A stretch of DNA of 64,000 nucleotides from the human T2T-CHM13v2.0 reference genome, Homo sapiens, in assembly GCF_009914755.1 (NCBI RefSeq), contig NC_060925.1. The stretch is one strand, 5' to 3'. Positions 1-12,904 of this stretch are shown here, piece by piece. How positions within the stretch are numbered: the first letter of the stretch is position 1; every line of letters begins with the position of its first letter. The notes below the pieces were generated by a model. It was given only the letters and a program-made list of their open reading frames with translations. It made no database searches and had not been told where the DNA came from. A program made the translations under genes and the position numbers.

Positions 1-106
1 TGAACCCAGGAGGTGGAGGTTGTAGTGAGCCAAGATTGCTCCATTGCACTCTAGCCTGAGTGACAGAGCGTGACTCCATCTCAAAAAAAAAAAAAAAAAA
101 AAAAAA
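1..106 (+). mobile_element. Alu 3' end with poly(A) tail (cut by window edge)
   Basis: GAACCCAGGAGGTGGAGGTTGTAGTGAGCCAAGAT...GACTCCATCTC followed by an A run. Confidence 0.95.
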
Positions 107-374
107 GATAGAAAAGAACACATAATAAGCAGTTTAGGCTTTGTGGGCCAAACATATGATAAGTATTTCAGTAGAAAAAATGTGAATCAGGTAATAAGTA
201 TACGGACGAGAAATTTACCAAAGACCCAGACACCATTTGCCCCCCAACCTTGTAGACATGGGTCCCTGTCAGAGTCTCCAGTGAACATTATCCTGTAGTT
301 TTGGAAAGCAAATACTAGGCCAACCTGAGAAGGCACGAGATCACGGACTCTAACTGCCATTACTTCTTCCACAG

Positions 375-482
375 ACGAGGTGGGCTGCGTGGACCCTGAT
401 GTCTGCCAAAGAATCTGTGGGGCCCGAGTGGGATGTTCCAACATTGCCTACCCTAAGTTGGTCATGGCCCTCATGCCTGTTG
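375..482 (+). CDS. SLC5A9: SLC5A9/SGLT4 internal coding exon ([37 protein letters not shown])
   Basis: Acceptor ttcttccacAG, donor G|GTGAGT; 108 bp, phase 1-1; SGLT-family GCSNIAYP motif. Confidence 0.95.
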
Positions 483-2109
483 GTGAGTCTCTTCTCCCCA
501 CCCCACCCTGCACTCTCACCTCCAGCCTCCTCCAATCTCCACTGCCCAGGAGGGAAGGCACTAACATGGATGGGAAGAGGGAAGAAAACTATTCACCTCT
601 GCACCCCCATCCTAACACATACACACACGTTTTACAGGCATTTGTACGTAAGACACCAGCTTTGTGGGCAGGTTCTGGAGATGCAGAGATAAAAGGCAGG
701 CCCCTGCTCAGGCATCATGCGGTCTCCAGGGTACCTGGACTTGCCACAGGCACAATCCAGTGGGACCAGTGTGGTGACACAGTATGGGCTAAGGGAGCCC
801 TAAGAAGGCACCTGACCCAGCTGGAGGATGTCTGGAATGTCTCCCAGAGGGAAGGAAATGGAGCTACATCCCGAGTTAAATCTTAGGCAGACACAGCCGG
901 AGGAGCATGGGAAATGTCATTCTAGGGATGAGAAGCTGTGCGTGCAAAGGCCCAGGGTGAAGAGAGGGCAGGAAGTCTGAATTGAAAGCAGCCCAGTGTG
1001 GACGCAAGAGCCAGGAGGAAGGAAGACAACCTTCCTGGTGGGGATGTCACAGCCAAGCCTTGTTCTAGAGCAGAGCGCTGGGACACTGCGGGGTTTTGGT
1101 CAGAGAGAGCATGACTGGATTTGTGTTTTAGCAAGACCAGTCTGTGTGGACAACTCTGTACGAGGCAGGCTTGTGGGTAGGCAGGGAGATTGTCCATGGG
1201 GAGTTTGCAGTGGTCCAGGTAGGTGGACCAAGTCAGTGGCATCAGAGATGGAGAGAAGGGATTTAAAGATGTTTGTGAGGTTGAATTGACAGGACTTGAT
1301 TTGAGGGATAATATAGACAGAGAAATCCAAGAAGCCTCCCAGATCTTGGCCTTTAGGTGGTGGGCTTATAATGATATTGAGATTAGGGACATATGAAGAG
1401 AGGTGGGATTATGGAGGGCAGCAGAGTAGAGTTATTCCCTCCCTGTGGTAGAAGGAGGAGTGAATCCGGGAAGTAGTGGCCATGGAGGGAGGCCCAGCTA
1501 GGACAGAGCTGCCCTGAGGGGCAGGTTGGAGGTAAGCAGGGAGGGGAGCAGAGCAAGGGTCTCAGGTAGCCCTAAGGTCTGCTGTGAGGCTGGAAAGACA
1601 ATAACTAAAGAGGGGAACAGAAGGCCCCAGAGGGAGATGGGCACCTGAGTTTGGAGCACTTGAGCCTGAGGCACCTGTGACACTTCAAGGGAGAGAGGGG
1701 GACATCAGAAGGTGGTTAAATATATGGATTTGGAAGGAAAGAGGACTGAGGTGGCACCAGGGCTGGGATCATCTCCCCAGGGGTGAGCAGCCATATCTCT
1801 AGAAGCTTGGTCACTGTCAGAGAAACTTCAGATACCAGTGGGTCCCATCCTCCCTTGTTCAAGTGGAAAAATAGGCCCAGAAATGGCAAGGAGCTAGTCC
1901 AAGGATCATACATACAGCTGGTTACTTGCAGAGCCAGGAAATAAGCCCAAAGCTGCTACCTCCCAAGCCAGGGCTTTAGCCCAACACCACCATGTCAATG
2001 AAGAAGGTATGGAAACACTAAACAGATCCACCCAATTATTAATAATCACCTTTCTCTTCTCCCCAGCAGCAACCCACTAACCAAGTGTCTACAAGCTGTG
2101 AAACCTAGA

Positions 2110-2290
2110 CTGAGATGTCGAAGCTTCAGAGAACCTTAGAGATTACCTAGTCTTACATAACTTAATAGGATAGATGAGGAAACTGAGGCTTAGGGTGGGG
2201 GGTGGAGGGGCAAATGAGTCACCCAAGGCCACATAGCAAGGCAGGGACAGAGCCTGGGCAGAACCCAGCCTCTAGTTCTGTGGTCTAGGA
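2110..2290. mobile_element. MIR remnant
   Basis: MIR core GATGAGGAAACTGAGGCTTAG...CCCAAGGCCACATAGC. Confidence 0.6.
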
Positions 2291-2448
2291 TTTCTTATCT
2301 GTGCTGGATGGGAGCCTCATCCAACCCCTTCCCTCTCTCATCCCCACCCCCAGCTCCTGACTCTACAGAATGCTCCAGCAGCCTCTGTAGTCCTGGAAGA
2401 GCCGGCCTTAATGGGCCAGCCGTTCACATGAGCCTCGTCTCTCCCCAG

Positions 2449-2599
2449 GTCTGCGGGGGCTGATGATTGCCGTGATCATGGCCGCTCTCATGAGCTCACT
2501 CACCTCCATCTTCAACAGCAGCAGCACCCTGTTCACCATTGATGTGTGGCAGCGCTTCCGCAGGAAGTCAACAGAGCAGGAGCTGATGGTGGTGGGCAG
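2449..2599 (+). CDS. SLC5A9: SLC5A9 coding exon ([34 protein letters not shown]...MVVGR)
   Basis: Acceptor ctctccccAG, donor AG|GTGCGC; 151 bp; solute:sodium symporter [13 protein letters not shown] motif; frame continues from previous exon. Confidence 0.96.
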
Positions 2600-4398
2600 G
2601 TGCGCCGGCCCCTCCTTCCCTCCTTCCGAAGTGCCCTCTCCCCTCTGCCCTGCCCTGGGTTACCCTGAACAGAGGTGGCTGGGTTGGACCCTGGACTGGC
2701 AGCCAGAGCACCGGGTTCAAGCTCCAGCTCTCCACATGATTTCAAGTAAGTCCTTCGCCAACCCTGGACCACTCCTCCTTTCAGAATAATAGGAAAAAAC
2801 ACCTCTTCCCTGGTAACTTTATCTTGAAATTGATCAACAGGGTTGTCGAGAGATGAAAAAGTACTTAAGAAATGAAAGGTAAACTGTGTAAGTGCATGGA
2901 AAGTTAGCAAGCAGCTCACCCAAGGTATTCCCAACCAACTCTGGATGTTAAGCCCGGTTAAAAAAAAATGCTATTAATTTAATCCATTAGATTCACTCTG
3001 AACATCTACTGTGCATCACATCCCACATGCAGGGGACCCACGGATGGGTCATATGGCCCTGCCCTCAGCGTGCTCACAGTTTATTAAGGAAGGTAGAAAC
3101 ACAGGTAACACAGCAAGGTATTTGCGTCAATGGAGATTTTCATAGGAGGGCTCTCTCCAAATGATGCAGAGCCTTGGACACCAAGCTAAGGAATTCGAAC
3201 TTTATCTTGTGGGTAACAGTTTTATGCTTTTAAAAGCATAACTTGGTGGCTAAAATTTTTGGTTTTCCATAGGCTGGAGATTTGTAGTTTACATAAGGTT
3301 AAGGGGCCCTTTTTTAGATCTTTGCTTCATAATCGAAGGTTCCCTAACTTGGATTTCTGGACTAAAGTTCTCCCACTTTGTGGATAGGTACTTGAATTTA
3401 GGAAGCTTGCTCTTTCACATCTCCCTGCCTTTGCACTCACTGTTCTTTCCACTAGGATGCCTTCTGCCCAGGGCTGCCTAATGGATTCCTACTGCCTGCT
3501 CATCTGTGCACCCCCAGCCCTAGGCAAGGGGACTGGCCATTGCAGGATCTGAGTGCAGGACAGATTGTGCAAAGAGGAGGGGGATGAGCAGCAGGGAAGC
3601 TACTTGGGGGGCTGATGCTCTAGTGGAGTCTGAGAGAGGCAAAATGGGAGGAAAAGGAGAGGAGAAGACAGGTATGCAGTGACATGTCAAAAGAAGCATT
3701 CCTTATCTGTGCATATGAACTGGTTTTGCTACCATTTCCTCAATCAGTGAGGTTTGTGCTCTATCTACTGGTCATATGTGTTATTGCACCCAACACATCC
3801 AAGAAAAGTTTTTCATCAACAACTTCACACATCTGCAAAATCATACATGCAGAATGCTTTGGGGACTTAGGTCTGAGCCACAGTTTGTTGAGAAGGAGTC
3901 AGGTGAATAAGTGGGATTCTTTCCCAAGATCAATGCCACAGTAATGGAGAGAGGATCAGCGCGTGGAGGAAGGAGCAGTCCCTGGAAGCTGCAGTCATCC
4001 TGGGAAAGAGCTGCCCTACACAGGGCAGGGATGGAAAAGAGAAGACATTCTAAGCAGAGACCAGAGGCCTTTGACTGGGGTGGGGGGTGGGGTGGAATGT
4101 ATGAATTCCTCCTTGAACAGCAACAGGTGGGTGACATGACCTTGAAGCCGTCTAATATATAAGTGCCACGGAGGCATTAGAATTATAAGGTTCTTCAGTT
4201 CCAAAATTCCTATATTCTGGGATTTTAAGACTAAGTTTCTGAATCTTAGTATTTGAGATTCTGGCTGCCAACCTTCTCTGATCTAGTGATTGTACATTCC
4301 CCTTCTTTCTCCCTTCCTGGTTCCTGTGCATCACCTTCACCCCACACCACACCATGCCCACCCGAGTGTGCCTCAGTGCCCTGTGCTCTCTCTGGCAG

Positions 4399-4567
4399 AG
4401 TGTTTGTGGTGTTCCTGGTTGTCATCAGCATCCTCTGGATCCCCATCATCCAAAGCTCCAACAGTGGGCAGCTCTTCGACTACATCCAGGCTGTCACCAG
4501 TTACCTGGCCCCACCCATCACCGCTCTCTTCCTGCTGGCCATCTTCTGCAAGAGGGTCACAGAGCCC
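4399..4567 (+). CDS. SLC5A9: SLC5A9 coding exon (VFVVFLVVISILWIPIIQ...GQLFDYIQAVTSYLAPPITALFLLAIFCKRVTEP)
   Basis: Acceptor ctctctggcAG, donor CCC|GTGAGT; 169 bp; GQLFDYIQ motif of SGLTs. Confidence 0.96.
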
Positions 4568-4705
4568 GTGAGTGCAGTGTACCTGTCTCTCACATACAGC
4601 AGAGGGGCTGGAGACCTGGTCTGTCAATCACCTGGTCTCTGTGACCTTGAGAAAATCCACTTCCCCTCTAGGCTTCCATTTTCCTGACCACAGCATCCAG
4701 CCTAG

Positions 4706-5030
4706 ATTCATTCATTCACTCAACAAACATTTATCAGCCTTATAATGGCAGCTCCAGGGATGCAGTAGTTTACGAGATTCACATAGATGGGCCATCACTT
4801 GGCTGGCAGAGAGATAACTGAATAAACAATAGTTACAAAGTATGCTGGCTGGTGGGAGAGTAAAGGGCACAAGCACCTAACCTATGGGGCTCCTGGGAGG
4901 AGTCAGGTAAGACTTCCTGGATGAAGTGACATCTGAGCTGAGGCCTGAAGGATTAATGAGAGGGGGAAGAATGTTCCAGACACAAGGAACAGTGTGTGTG
5001 AACGTGCAAGAGAGACTGTAAGATCTCTAG
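4706..5030 (-). mobile_element. L2 3'-end remnant
   Basis: TTCATTCATTCACTCAACAAACATTTAT terminus and GTGACATCTGAGCTGAGGCCTGAAGGAT motif. Confidence 0.6.
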
Positions 5031-6041
5031 GGTCTGTTCCATGTCTAACAATATAAGGTTCTATGTGTAAGCAAAATAACAGCAATGACAATGATGATGA
5101 CAAAGTGTGACCTTACAAGGGCTCCTGCACTTGCATTATTCATGCAGTGCCACTGAAACCTGACAGAATCTGGGAGGAAGCTAGCGGTACCCCAGGGCTG
5201 GAGCCTTGGTTACTCCCCAGGATAGCCTAGAAGAGACAGGCTGGCTGTACCTTGAGAAGCTGAGGGATATCATGGACACCACTCCACAAAAATAATGTGA
5301 GAGCTCAAGGTCATTGAAAATGAGGTCATGGAACCCCCTCCCTTGATGGTGCACCTAAGCAAGTGTCTACTGTCTGCACAGGTCTCATCTCACTGACAAC
5401 CATGCCGCACAGCAGTACCTGGCTGAACTCTGGGTGTTTCTGCTCATTCCAAAGTTTTTGAAATCAGGATCAGTATCTCCCATAGTCTTACATGCTGGGA
5501 ACAGGTACAGGTTAGGGCCAAATGGAGCTATAAAGAAGAAAGACATGAGAAGTACCAGAGCTTTTCTTAAAAACAACAGCAACTAAAGGAAAGTCTCTAT
5601 TCTGATTTCTGATTTATCATGACAGAAGTTTGGGAAGGGGATCCTGGTATTCCCTGATTATTACAAAAGTTTATTCCATTTTAGTTGAATATTAACCATC
5701 TGTTAATTAACTTAGTACTGATTTAATTTTATGAATTTTTAAATTACTGCCCCCAATAAGAAAACTCTGAGTCAGCACGGCCGAGTCATTGGTTCAGTCA
5801 GTTCACAATGGAGCCAGGATTCAAATCTTAGTCTACCTGACTCTAGAGCCCCTATTCCACTGTGCCTTTAAGTCAAGACGAAGTCTCAGTATTAATGGAG
5901 AACTCATTTTCCCATTAGTAGATGGATTTGCCCAACATGGCAATAAACCAGTGGGAGAGAGATTTGGGGAGAGAGTAGTTTTACCTTCCTAGGGTCTCCC
6001 ACCTGGATCTCACCTCAGCTCTTGTCTGCCCTCTCTCACAG

Positions 6042-6257
6042 GGAGCTTTCTGGGGCCTCGTGTTTGGCCTGGGAGTGGGGCTTCTGCGTATGATCCTGGA
6101 GTTCTCATACCCAGCGCCAGCCTGTGGGGAGGTGGACCGGAGGCCAGCAGTGCTGAAGGACTTCCACTACCTGTACTTTGCAATCCTCCTCTGCGGGCTC
6201 ACTGCCATCGTCATTGTCATTGTCAGCCTCTGTACAACTCCCATCCCTGAGGAACAG
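6042..6257 (+). CDS. SLC5A9: SLC5A9 coding exon (GAFWGLVFG...DFHYLYFAILL...PIPEEQ)
   Basis: Acceptor ctctctcacAG; 216 bp, phase 0-0; GAFWGL and HYLYF motifs; donor CAG|GCAAGT (GC type). Confidence 0.95.
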
Positions 6258-6425
6258 GCAAGTGTTGTGCTCATACTGAGGCCCTCCAGAAATGCTCTCC
6301 CTTCCCCCATAGCCTAGAATTCCACTGCTGACTTTTACTCTGTTGGGTTATGGTCTCCCCTGTGGCCACACAGATGTCCTTGGGAGGGAAAGTGCCTTGG
6401 GCTATGAATTCCCCATTGAAAAGTA

Positions 6426-6700
6426 ATTCATTCAACTCAAAAATTACTCAGTGAGTACTTACTATGTGCTAGGCACTGTGCTGGGCTTACAAAGATGAAT
6501 GGTCCCTGCCAGAGACTATCCTCAGGGAGAAACAGACGCTGACACAAGCTATCACTATACAAAGAGAAAGTGCAGAAGGACCAAGCTCAACCAGAGGGGC
6601 CAAGAACAGAGGGAGAGGCAGTCACCTCCTGGGGGCCCAGGGAGGGCACACTGATGAGGACACTTTGAATTAGACCCTGAAGAATGAATAGAGAATTTTT
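6426..6700 (-). mobile_element. L2 remnant
   Basis: ATTCATTCAAC...TACTATGTGCTAGGCACTGTGCTGGG. Confidence 0.55.
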
Positions 6701-6809
6701 GAGTGGGCAAGAAACAAATACAAGAGAAAAGAAACAGAGAGCTTACTAGGTGAAGAACTCAAATTGAAATCCTCCCCTGTCACAAGCAACGGCCCTTGAA
6801 CACTTACAG

Positions 6810-7171
6810 CCTAGAGCTAGGGCTGCTGAAATAAAAGACCACCGATTGGGTGACTTAAGCAACAGATTGTATGATTTCACAGTTCCAGAAGTGAGAAGTC
6901 TGAGATCAAGGTGTCTGCAGCATTGGTTTCTTCCAAGGTTTTTCTCTGTGGCTTGTAAAAGACTGTCTTCTCCTCTTTGTCTTTACACGGTCTTCCCCTA
7001 TGCCTGCCTGTGACTGAATCTCCTCTTCTTTTAAGTCATAATGGATTGGTGACCTCATTTAACCTTAATTTTCTGTAAAGACCCCATCTCCAAATATAGT
7101 CACATTCTGAGGTACTGGCGGTTAGGACTTCGACACAGAAATTTTGGGAGGACACAATTCAGCCCATAACA
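6810..7171 (-). mobile_element. MaLR solo LTR (MLT1-type)
   Basis: Reverse complement begins TGTTATGGGCTGAATTGTGTCCTCCCAAAAT; internal TCACAGTTCCAGAAG...GAGATCAAGGTG motif. Confidence 0.8.
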
Positions 7172-7479
7172 GAGCCCATGCTGGAAGACAGTCCCTGAAA
7201 CACTGAGTGGACATCATGGATAATACTCTTTTGATGGATGGTGCTTTAGAGTTTGCAAGATGACTTTATACCCTTGGTTTCACTGATTCCTACAAAAAAG
7301 CAGGGCCTTTCCAGCCTGACTTCTCCAGTGGCTCACACCAGAAATGGGCCCCTTTTCCTGCCGAATCCTCAACCTCTTCTCCATTGCCTGTTTCCTCACT
7401 CTTCTTCCCGAAGTCTTCCCCAGTTGAAAATCCTTCCCTGAATCCTGTTATCCTCTAGTTCCTGCTGCCTCCCTCTCCT

Positions 7480-8000
7480 CCCTTCAACAGCAGACTTTTG
7501 CAAAGAATGGTTTCCTTTCCCAGCCTCCACTTCCCACCTCTTGTCTGCTTCTCAACCCGCTGCTGTCTGACTGTTGTCCCCAACATTCTGCTGAAATCGC
7601 TCTCACTGAAGTCACTGATAACATCTTATTGCTAAAATCAAAGGTCATGTTCCTGTCTTTAAGTGAATTCCCAAGAGAACTGGACACTACTGACCACTTC
7701 CTGCACCCCGAAGACCTCTCTTCTGTTCACTTCCATGAAATATTTCTCCCCTAGGTTTTGTTTTTTTGTTGTTTGTTTTGCCTACCCTTCCAATCACTCT
7801 TTTGACTTCTTCACAGGCTTCTCTATCTGCTCCTGAAATATCAGTGTTCCTTAGGAACCCATCTGTGGCCTATAACCTGTCTCACCCTACAACACCCCTG
7901 GGCTATAAATTCAACAACTTTCTATATAAAGGTGACCCTCAATTCTCTATCTACAGCCAAAACCCCTCTCCCAAGATTCAAACCCCAAAATCCAACTGTA
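7480..8000 (+). mobile_element. L2 internal remnant
   Basis: Pyrimidine-rich segment with GTCACTGATAACATCTTATTGCTAAAATCAAAGGTC-type L2 motif. Confidence 0.5.
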
Positions 8001-8422
8001 CCCTGGTGACATAAAGAGACACAGTCCATATGCTATTTGTGACACCCATTAGAAGTATTAGGTAAGGTTTATTGAGAGATACTTACAAGCAAGGAAGCTT
8101 CCCAGGCTCTCATGATCCCAGAGAGATGCATGCTTGGGCCCAGCACAGTGGAAAGTAAGAAGTTGGGAGCAGGATAAGGGATACCCAGCTCAACATGCAC
8201 CAGAAAGCTGCCTTAGAGCTCAGGCAGTGGTGAGTCCAACATCACTGATATAAGGCAGAGAACTGCTGTGTTTTAGTTTACTGAGCCACCAAAAAGGAGA
8301 AGAGAGAAAGCCACCAGGGCCATCCAAGGAAGTAAAAGTTTCATTTCTCCTCACCTGAACATCTCCACTTGGAGGACCTGCAGACTCCTGAAGCACATCA
8401 TCATATTTGTGTGTGTACATGT

Positions 8423-8423
<1 letters not shown>

Positions 8424-8455
<32 letters not shown>

Positions 8456-8478
8456 ATCTCTTTCTCTCTATCTCTATC
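8424..8478. repeat. (CT)n microsatellite, degenerate at 3' side
   Basis: Direct reading. Confidence 0.95.
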
Positions 8479-9178
8479 CCTTCTTTCACCAGCACTAATA
8501 CCCACTCCTTGTCCTGTGTTCTCTATTCCTGGGAAAGGCACCACTACATGTCTGGTCACCCAAGGCAGGAACCCTGGAGCCATATTAGCCTCTCCCATGT
8601 CCCTCACCTGGCTCTTTCAGTCAGTCATGGTGTCCTGATTTCACCTCCTTTACCCATTTCCTCAGGTGCCCATTATTTTTGGCTTCACTTTTACAACATC
8701 CTCCAGGCTGGACCCCTTTCAATTCACTCCAAGAGAACTTTGAAGATCCTGGCACTTACAGTCTATCTGCTGCTTAAAGTCTGCAGTGACTCTCCATTGC
8801 CTACAGGGTTTTTGTTCTTTAAGCTACGACTCCTCAGCCTGACCTTTGAAGACTTGTTCTCAAGTGCCTGCCTCCCTGTCCAGCCTCGTTTGCCTCAGTC
8901 TGTAAAATCCATGAGGACAGGGCCCAGGTGTGTTTCAGGTCTGTATTCCAGCACCTAGCACAAGCCTGGGGTAGAGCACCTGGTGTAGAGCAGGAATTGC
9001 TCATATTTGAAGAAAGAGGAAGTCAGGGCTGAGATCCGGGCCTCCTGACTCCCAGCCCTGGCCTTGTTCTTTGTACTCTTTGCTTTTGCTCAGATGGCCT
9101 TCCATAAATGGGCCTCTGTTCTTCTACAGCATGACTTCTCTCCAAGGCAACTGACTCCAGTGTCTTCTTTCCCTCCAG

Positions 9179-9338
9179 CTCACACGCCTCACATGGTGGA
9201 CTCGGAACTGCCCCCTCTCTGAGCTGGAGAAGGAGGCCCACGAGAGCACACCGGAGATATCCGAGAGGCCAGCCGGGGAGTGCCCTGCAGGAGGTGGAGC
9301 GGCAGAGAACTCGAGCCTGGGCCAGGAGCAGCCTGAAG
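9179..9338 (+). CDS. SLC5A9: SLC5A9 penultimate coding exon (LTRLTWWTRNCPLSELEKE...GQEQPE)
   Basis: Acceptor ttctttccctccAG, donor G|GTAGGC; 160 bp; open frame linking the flanking exons. Confidence 0.92.
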
Positions 9339-10347
9339 GTAGGCTGCGGCAGGCCGGGGGATACTCATCACAGAGGAACAGGGGGGACAGACCTATGTCA
9401 TGGGCGGTCTTTGGGATGGGGACTCTGAGGGAGCCCAATAAATATCACCCTAACTCCTTTCCCACGTGGCTACTGAACTATTTGAAAAATAAGACAAATG
9501 AGTCAGGCAGATTGGAGCCAAAATAGTGCCCTCATTACTGATCAAGTATAAGTGGAAAGAGTTGGTTTATATCTATAGGGAGATGCACTTCCTAATACTG
9601 AACCCCTGTATTCCACAGAGGTACCCATCCAGTCACCAGCAGATCTGATCGGGGCACAGAATAAAGAGGGCATGCTTGGCTCAGTCCTGTCCTTCCTGTA
9701 AAGAAGGGCATTGAGCTAAGCATGTCCTCTTTATCCTTCCCAAATCTACCAGCACGGAAGTCCCTTCACCTCCCCTAGGTTGAATGAGTACAAGGGCAGA
9801 AAATCAAAGAATGTTACACCCACGGTGTTTCCTCCACAATGAAGGAAACATGAGGCATGACAAAGAAACCCCTTACCCATGTCCCCCCCACCACTTTTCT
9901 TTATTATTTATTTATCTCCCCCTGGGCTCAACAAGTCTGCCTATAGTAATACAGAAGCGTGGTTGTCCCTCATGGGATGAGAGCAGCCATGCCTCCATAC
10001 AGTTGTTTCTGTTTTCATGAGGTTCCTACAAAACACCCTCCCACACCTCTGGGTGTCTCCTCGAGCGGCTGATGGGCCATATGACATATGGAGTGCACCC
10101 CTGGAGGTTCCTACATGTGTTAGAAGATTATGTCAGTTAAATCTACTCCAAGGCCACACAGTATCTAAAGTTGAAAATTATTTTAAGACATGATTTGAGG
10201 TACCTGTGTTAGTCACAATGCAGCTATAACCTTCCTGGAGTGAAATGAAATACCAACATCAAAACATTCTGATTATAGAGTGAAAATATTATAAAGATTT
10301 TTTCAATTATAGAATTCCCAAGGAAAATGTTAAACTCTATAAAGCTC

Positions 10348-10460
10348 TACCTGGGTGACAAAATAATCTGTATGCCAAATCCCAGTGACATGCAATTTAC
10401 CTATATAACAAACCTGCACACGTAACCCTGAAACTAAAATAAAAGTAAAAGAAAAAAAAA
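10348..10460 (+). mobile_element. Short L1 3'-end fragment (older primate L1PA/PB type)
   Basis: ACCTGGGTGACAAAATAATCTGTA...AACAAACCTGCAC...AAAATAAAAG plus A tail. Confidence 0.8.
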
Positions 10461-11430
10461 GGCGTCCCAGGAAAATAAATAAATAAATAAATAAATTCCA
10501 AAAAGTTAAATAAGTTTGCAAATTAAAGTCCAAAATTAATCTCTCTTGCCCTTGTGAATTAAAAATTCAGACACTTAATTCTTAAATTTATTTTCTGCCT
10601 CAGTGAAAGAAAGTCTTAATACAAGTAGATGAATAAGACATTGTCTCTGTCCCCAAGGAGGTGAGAATCTCTTGGAGGCAAACAGGTAGTGCAAAGATGT
10701 AGGGTTTACACCAAAATGGATAAAAATGTCAATAACGTAGTAATATTCGGCTTTTAAACACAATGGTATGTCATTGTTTATAACGTCCAGGCAGAGAAAT
10801 AAAATGCATCTTCATGTGAAAAAACAGTAAAATCATTAAGATTTTTTTTAAAAAGAGGTCTCAGTGCCTGGATGGAGTTAGGGTTCCCTCAGCAGCTGCA
10901 GCTGCTTTCTCTCATTGGATTGGCCATAGCTCTAGTTTTATACCAGCCTCTTGTGTGCCAAACTTTAAATAATTCTAGAGAGCTAAGAGCACAGACAGGA
11001 TTAGCAAAGCATCACTTGCTGCACCAGCATGGCTGGCAATGCCATGCCACTCAGTTCTCGTGACTTTGCCAGGTTTTAGGGGCCCTATACTTTCCTCCAG
11101 ACCTGAGAAGGCTCCCACCTTTCTTGAGGCCCTTCACCTTTGCTTAAGGCCTTGATTCTAGAGAAACAGCCACTTGCCTAGAGCTAATGACATCATAAGC
11201 CCCAGAATCCCACCAAGGTCTAAGGCTCAAAGCTTCTTCCCACGATTCAGCAGTTAAAAGCCAATAATCTAGTATAAAAAGCTATTCATAATGATGGATA
11301 TAATTTTTTCCAAACTTTCATGGTTAAAACCCACATAGGCTCACTTCAGAAGACACTACCGAAGATCAACATCACCCTGCCTGGTCTTATCAGTTGCCCC
11401 AATTACTTCATGGTATATTTTGCTTTGCAA

Positions 11431-11613
11431 ATATATATATATATAAAATATATAATATATATAAATTATATTTATATTATATATAAATTATATTTATATT
11501 ATATATAAATTATATTTATATTATATATAAATTATATTTATATTATATATAAATTATATTTATATTATATATATAAATTATATATATAAAACCTGTGTGT
11601 GTGTATGTATGTG

Positions 11614-11660
<47 letters not shown>
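11431..11660. repeat. Compound AT-rich repeat: (TA)n, five 22-bp units AAATTATATTTATATTATATAT, (TG)n, (TA)n
   Basis: Units start at 11463, 11485, 11507, 11529, 11551. Confidence 0.92.
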
Positions 11661-11661
<1 letters not shown>

Positions 11662-11825
11662 CTCTGTCTCAGAAGGTTGCCAAGGGAATCAAAAGACAGA
11701 ATATTTGGAACAGCTTAGAAAATGATAAAGCCTAGTACAAATGAAATGCTGAATTCATATTATCGTTAGTGCAGTTCTGTTGCTATGTGACCTTAAATAA
11801 GTCTCTTCCTTTTCCTGAGACTTTT
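11661..11825 (+). repeat. 165-bp direct repeat copy 1 (partner 12905-13069)
   Basis: Ungapped alignment at offset 1244 with 6 mismatches. Confidence 0.95.
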
Positions 11826-12427
11826 ATATATATATATATATATAAAACTGCTCCCCCATCATCATTGCAAAGACTGGGTCCTGAGCCTTGTAAAACTTAC
11901 GGTATTGAAGAAAGCAATCTGAGAGCATGAGCTTTTGTAGATGAGGCAACTGCCAAGAGAAGGAGGAAGGAAGAAGGGGCAAAGCTGCAAAGGAAGTTCC
12001 CAAAGAGAAAGAGGAAGGAGACAGCTTGTACTTTCCCACGGCTGAAACCCAGAACTAGACAGACTTACACAGAGTTACACAAATGGACCTACTCCCCAGC
12101 TGGTCCCCATGCCAAGGGACAGAGTAGTCCCTGGAGAAGCCAAGAGAAATGCCTGCTCCCTGTGGACAACTTGCTTCCAAGCAAGAAAAAGGAGGCACCA
12201 AGTCAGCCAAGAAGTCTAATGAGAGAAACCTACCCCCCTTCACAGACCACCACCATGAGGAAGTAGAAGGGTAGGGAAAGGCTGGTGCCATTATACTCTA
12301 AAGCTCCTTCCCTGCCCAGAGAAACAAACATCAGGAATATGGAAGAGGCACCCCCTCTCCAAAGGCCTGCAGGTAGGCATAGTATAATGTTGAGTCCTGA
12401 AAAGAAAAGTTAAAAATATTTAAAGGA

Positions 12428-12749
12428 GGCTGGCACAGTGGCTCACACCTGTCATCCCAGCACTTTGGGAGGCCAAGACAGGGGGATTGCTTGAACTCAG
12501 GAGTCAAGACCAGCCTGGGCAACATGGCAAAACCCCATATCTACAAAAAATACAAAAATTAGCAGGGCGTGGTGGTGCACACCTGTGGTCATAGCTGCTC
12601 AGGAGGCTGAGATGGGAGGACTGCTTGAGCCCAGGAGGTTGAGGCTACAGTGAGCCATGAATGTGCCACTGTACTCCAGCCTGGGCAACAGAGTGAGACC
12701 CTGTCTCAAAATATATATATAATATATAAAATATATATTTTTAAATATG
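12428..12749 (+). mobile_element. Alu (AluJ-like) with TA-converted tail
   Basis: Full dimer; 16-bp TSD AAAAATATTTAAAGGA at 12412-12427 and 12750-12765. Confidence 0.93.
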
Positions 12750-12904
12750 AAAAATATTTAAAGGACAGCAGAGTAGATCTGAAAGAAATATGTACATCCC
12801 AGTTTTTAGATACGAATTTATTGAGTTATGGCACACCACTTAATAACTCCTTTAGTGACATAGGCTCTCCGGGCATATGAATTTAAATATGAAGCTCTGT
12901 GCAT

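Noticed and set aside
380-886. 168-aa ORF and similar ORFs at 2463, 4253, 6060 and 13949 as stand-alone genes
   Set aside because: They are SLC5A9 exons read through into introns
8369-8958. ORFs with SLSLSL/REREE tracts
   Set aside because: Translation of a (CT)n microsatellite and L2 remnant
11431-11860. CRISPR-like repeat-spacer array
   Set aside because: Low-complexity tandem repeats in eukaryotic DNA; no regular unique spacers and no cas genes
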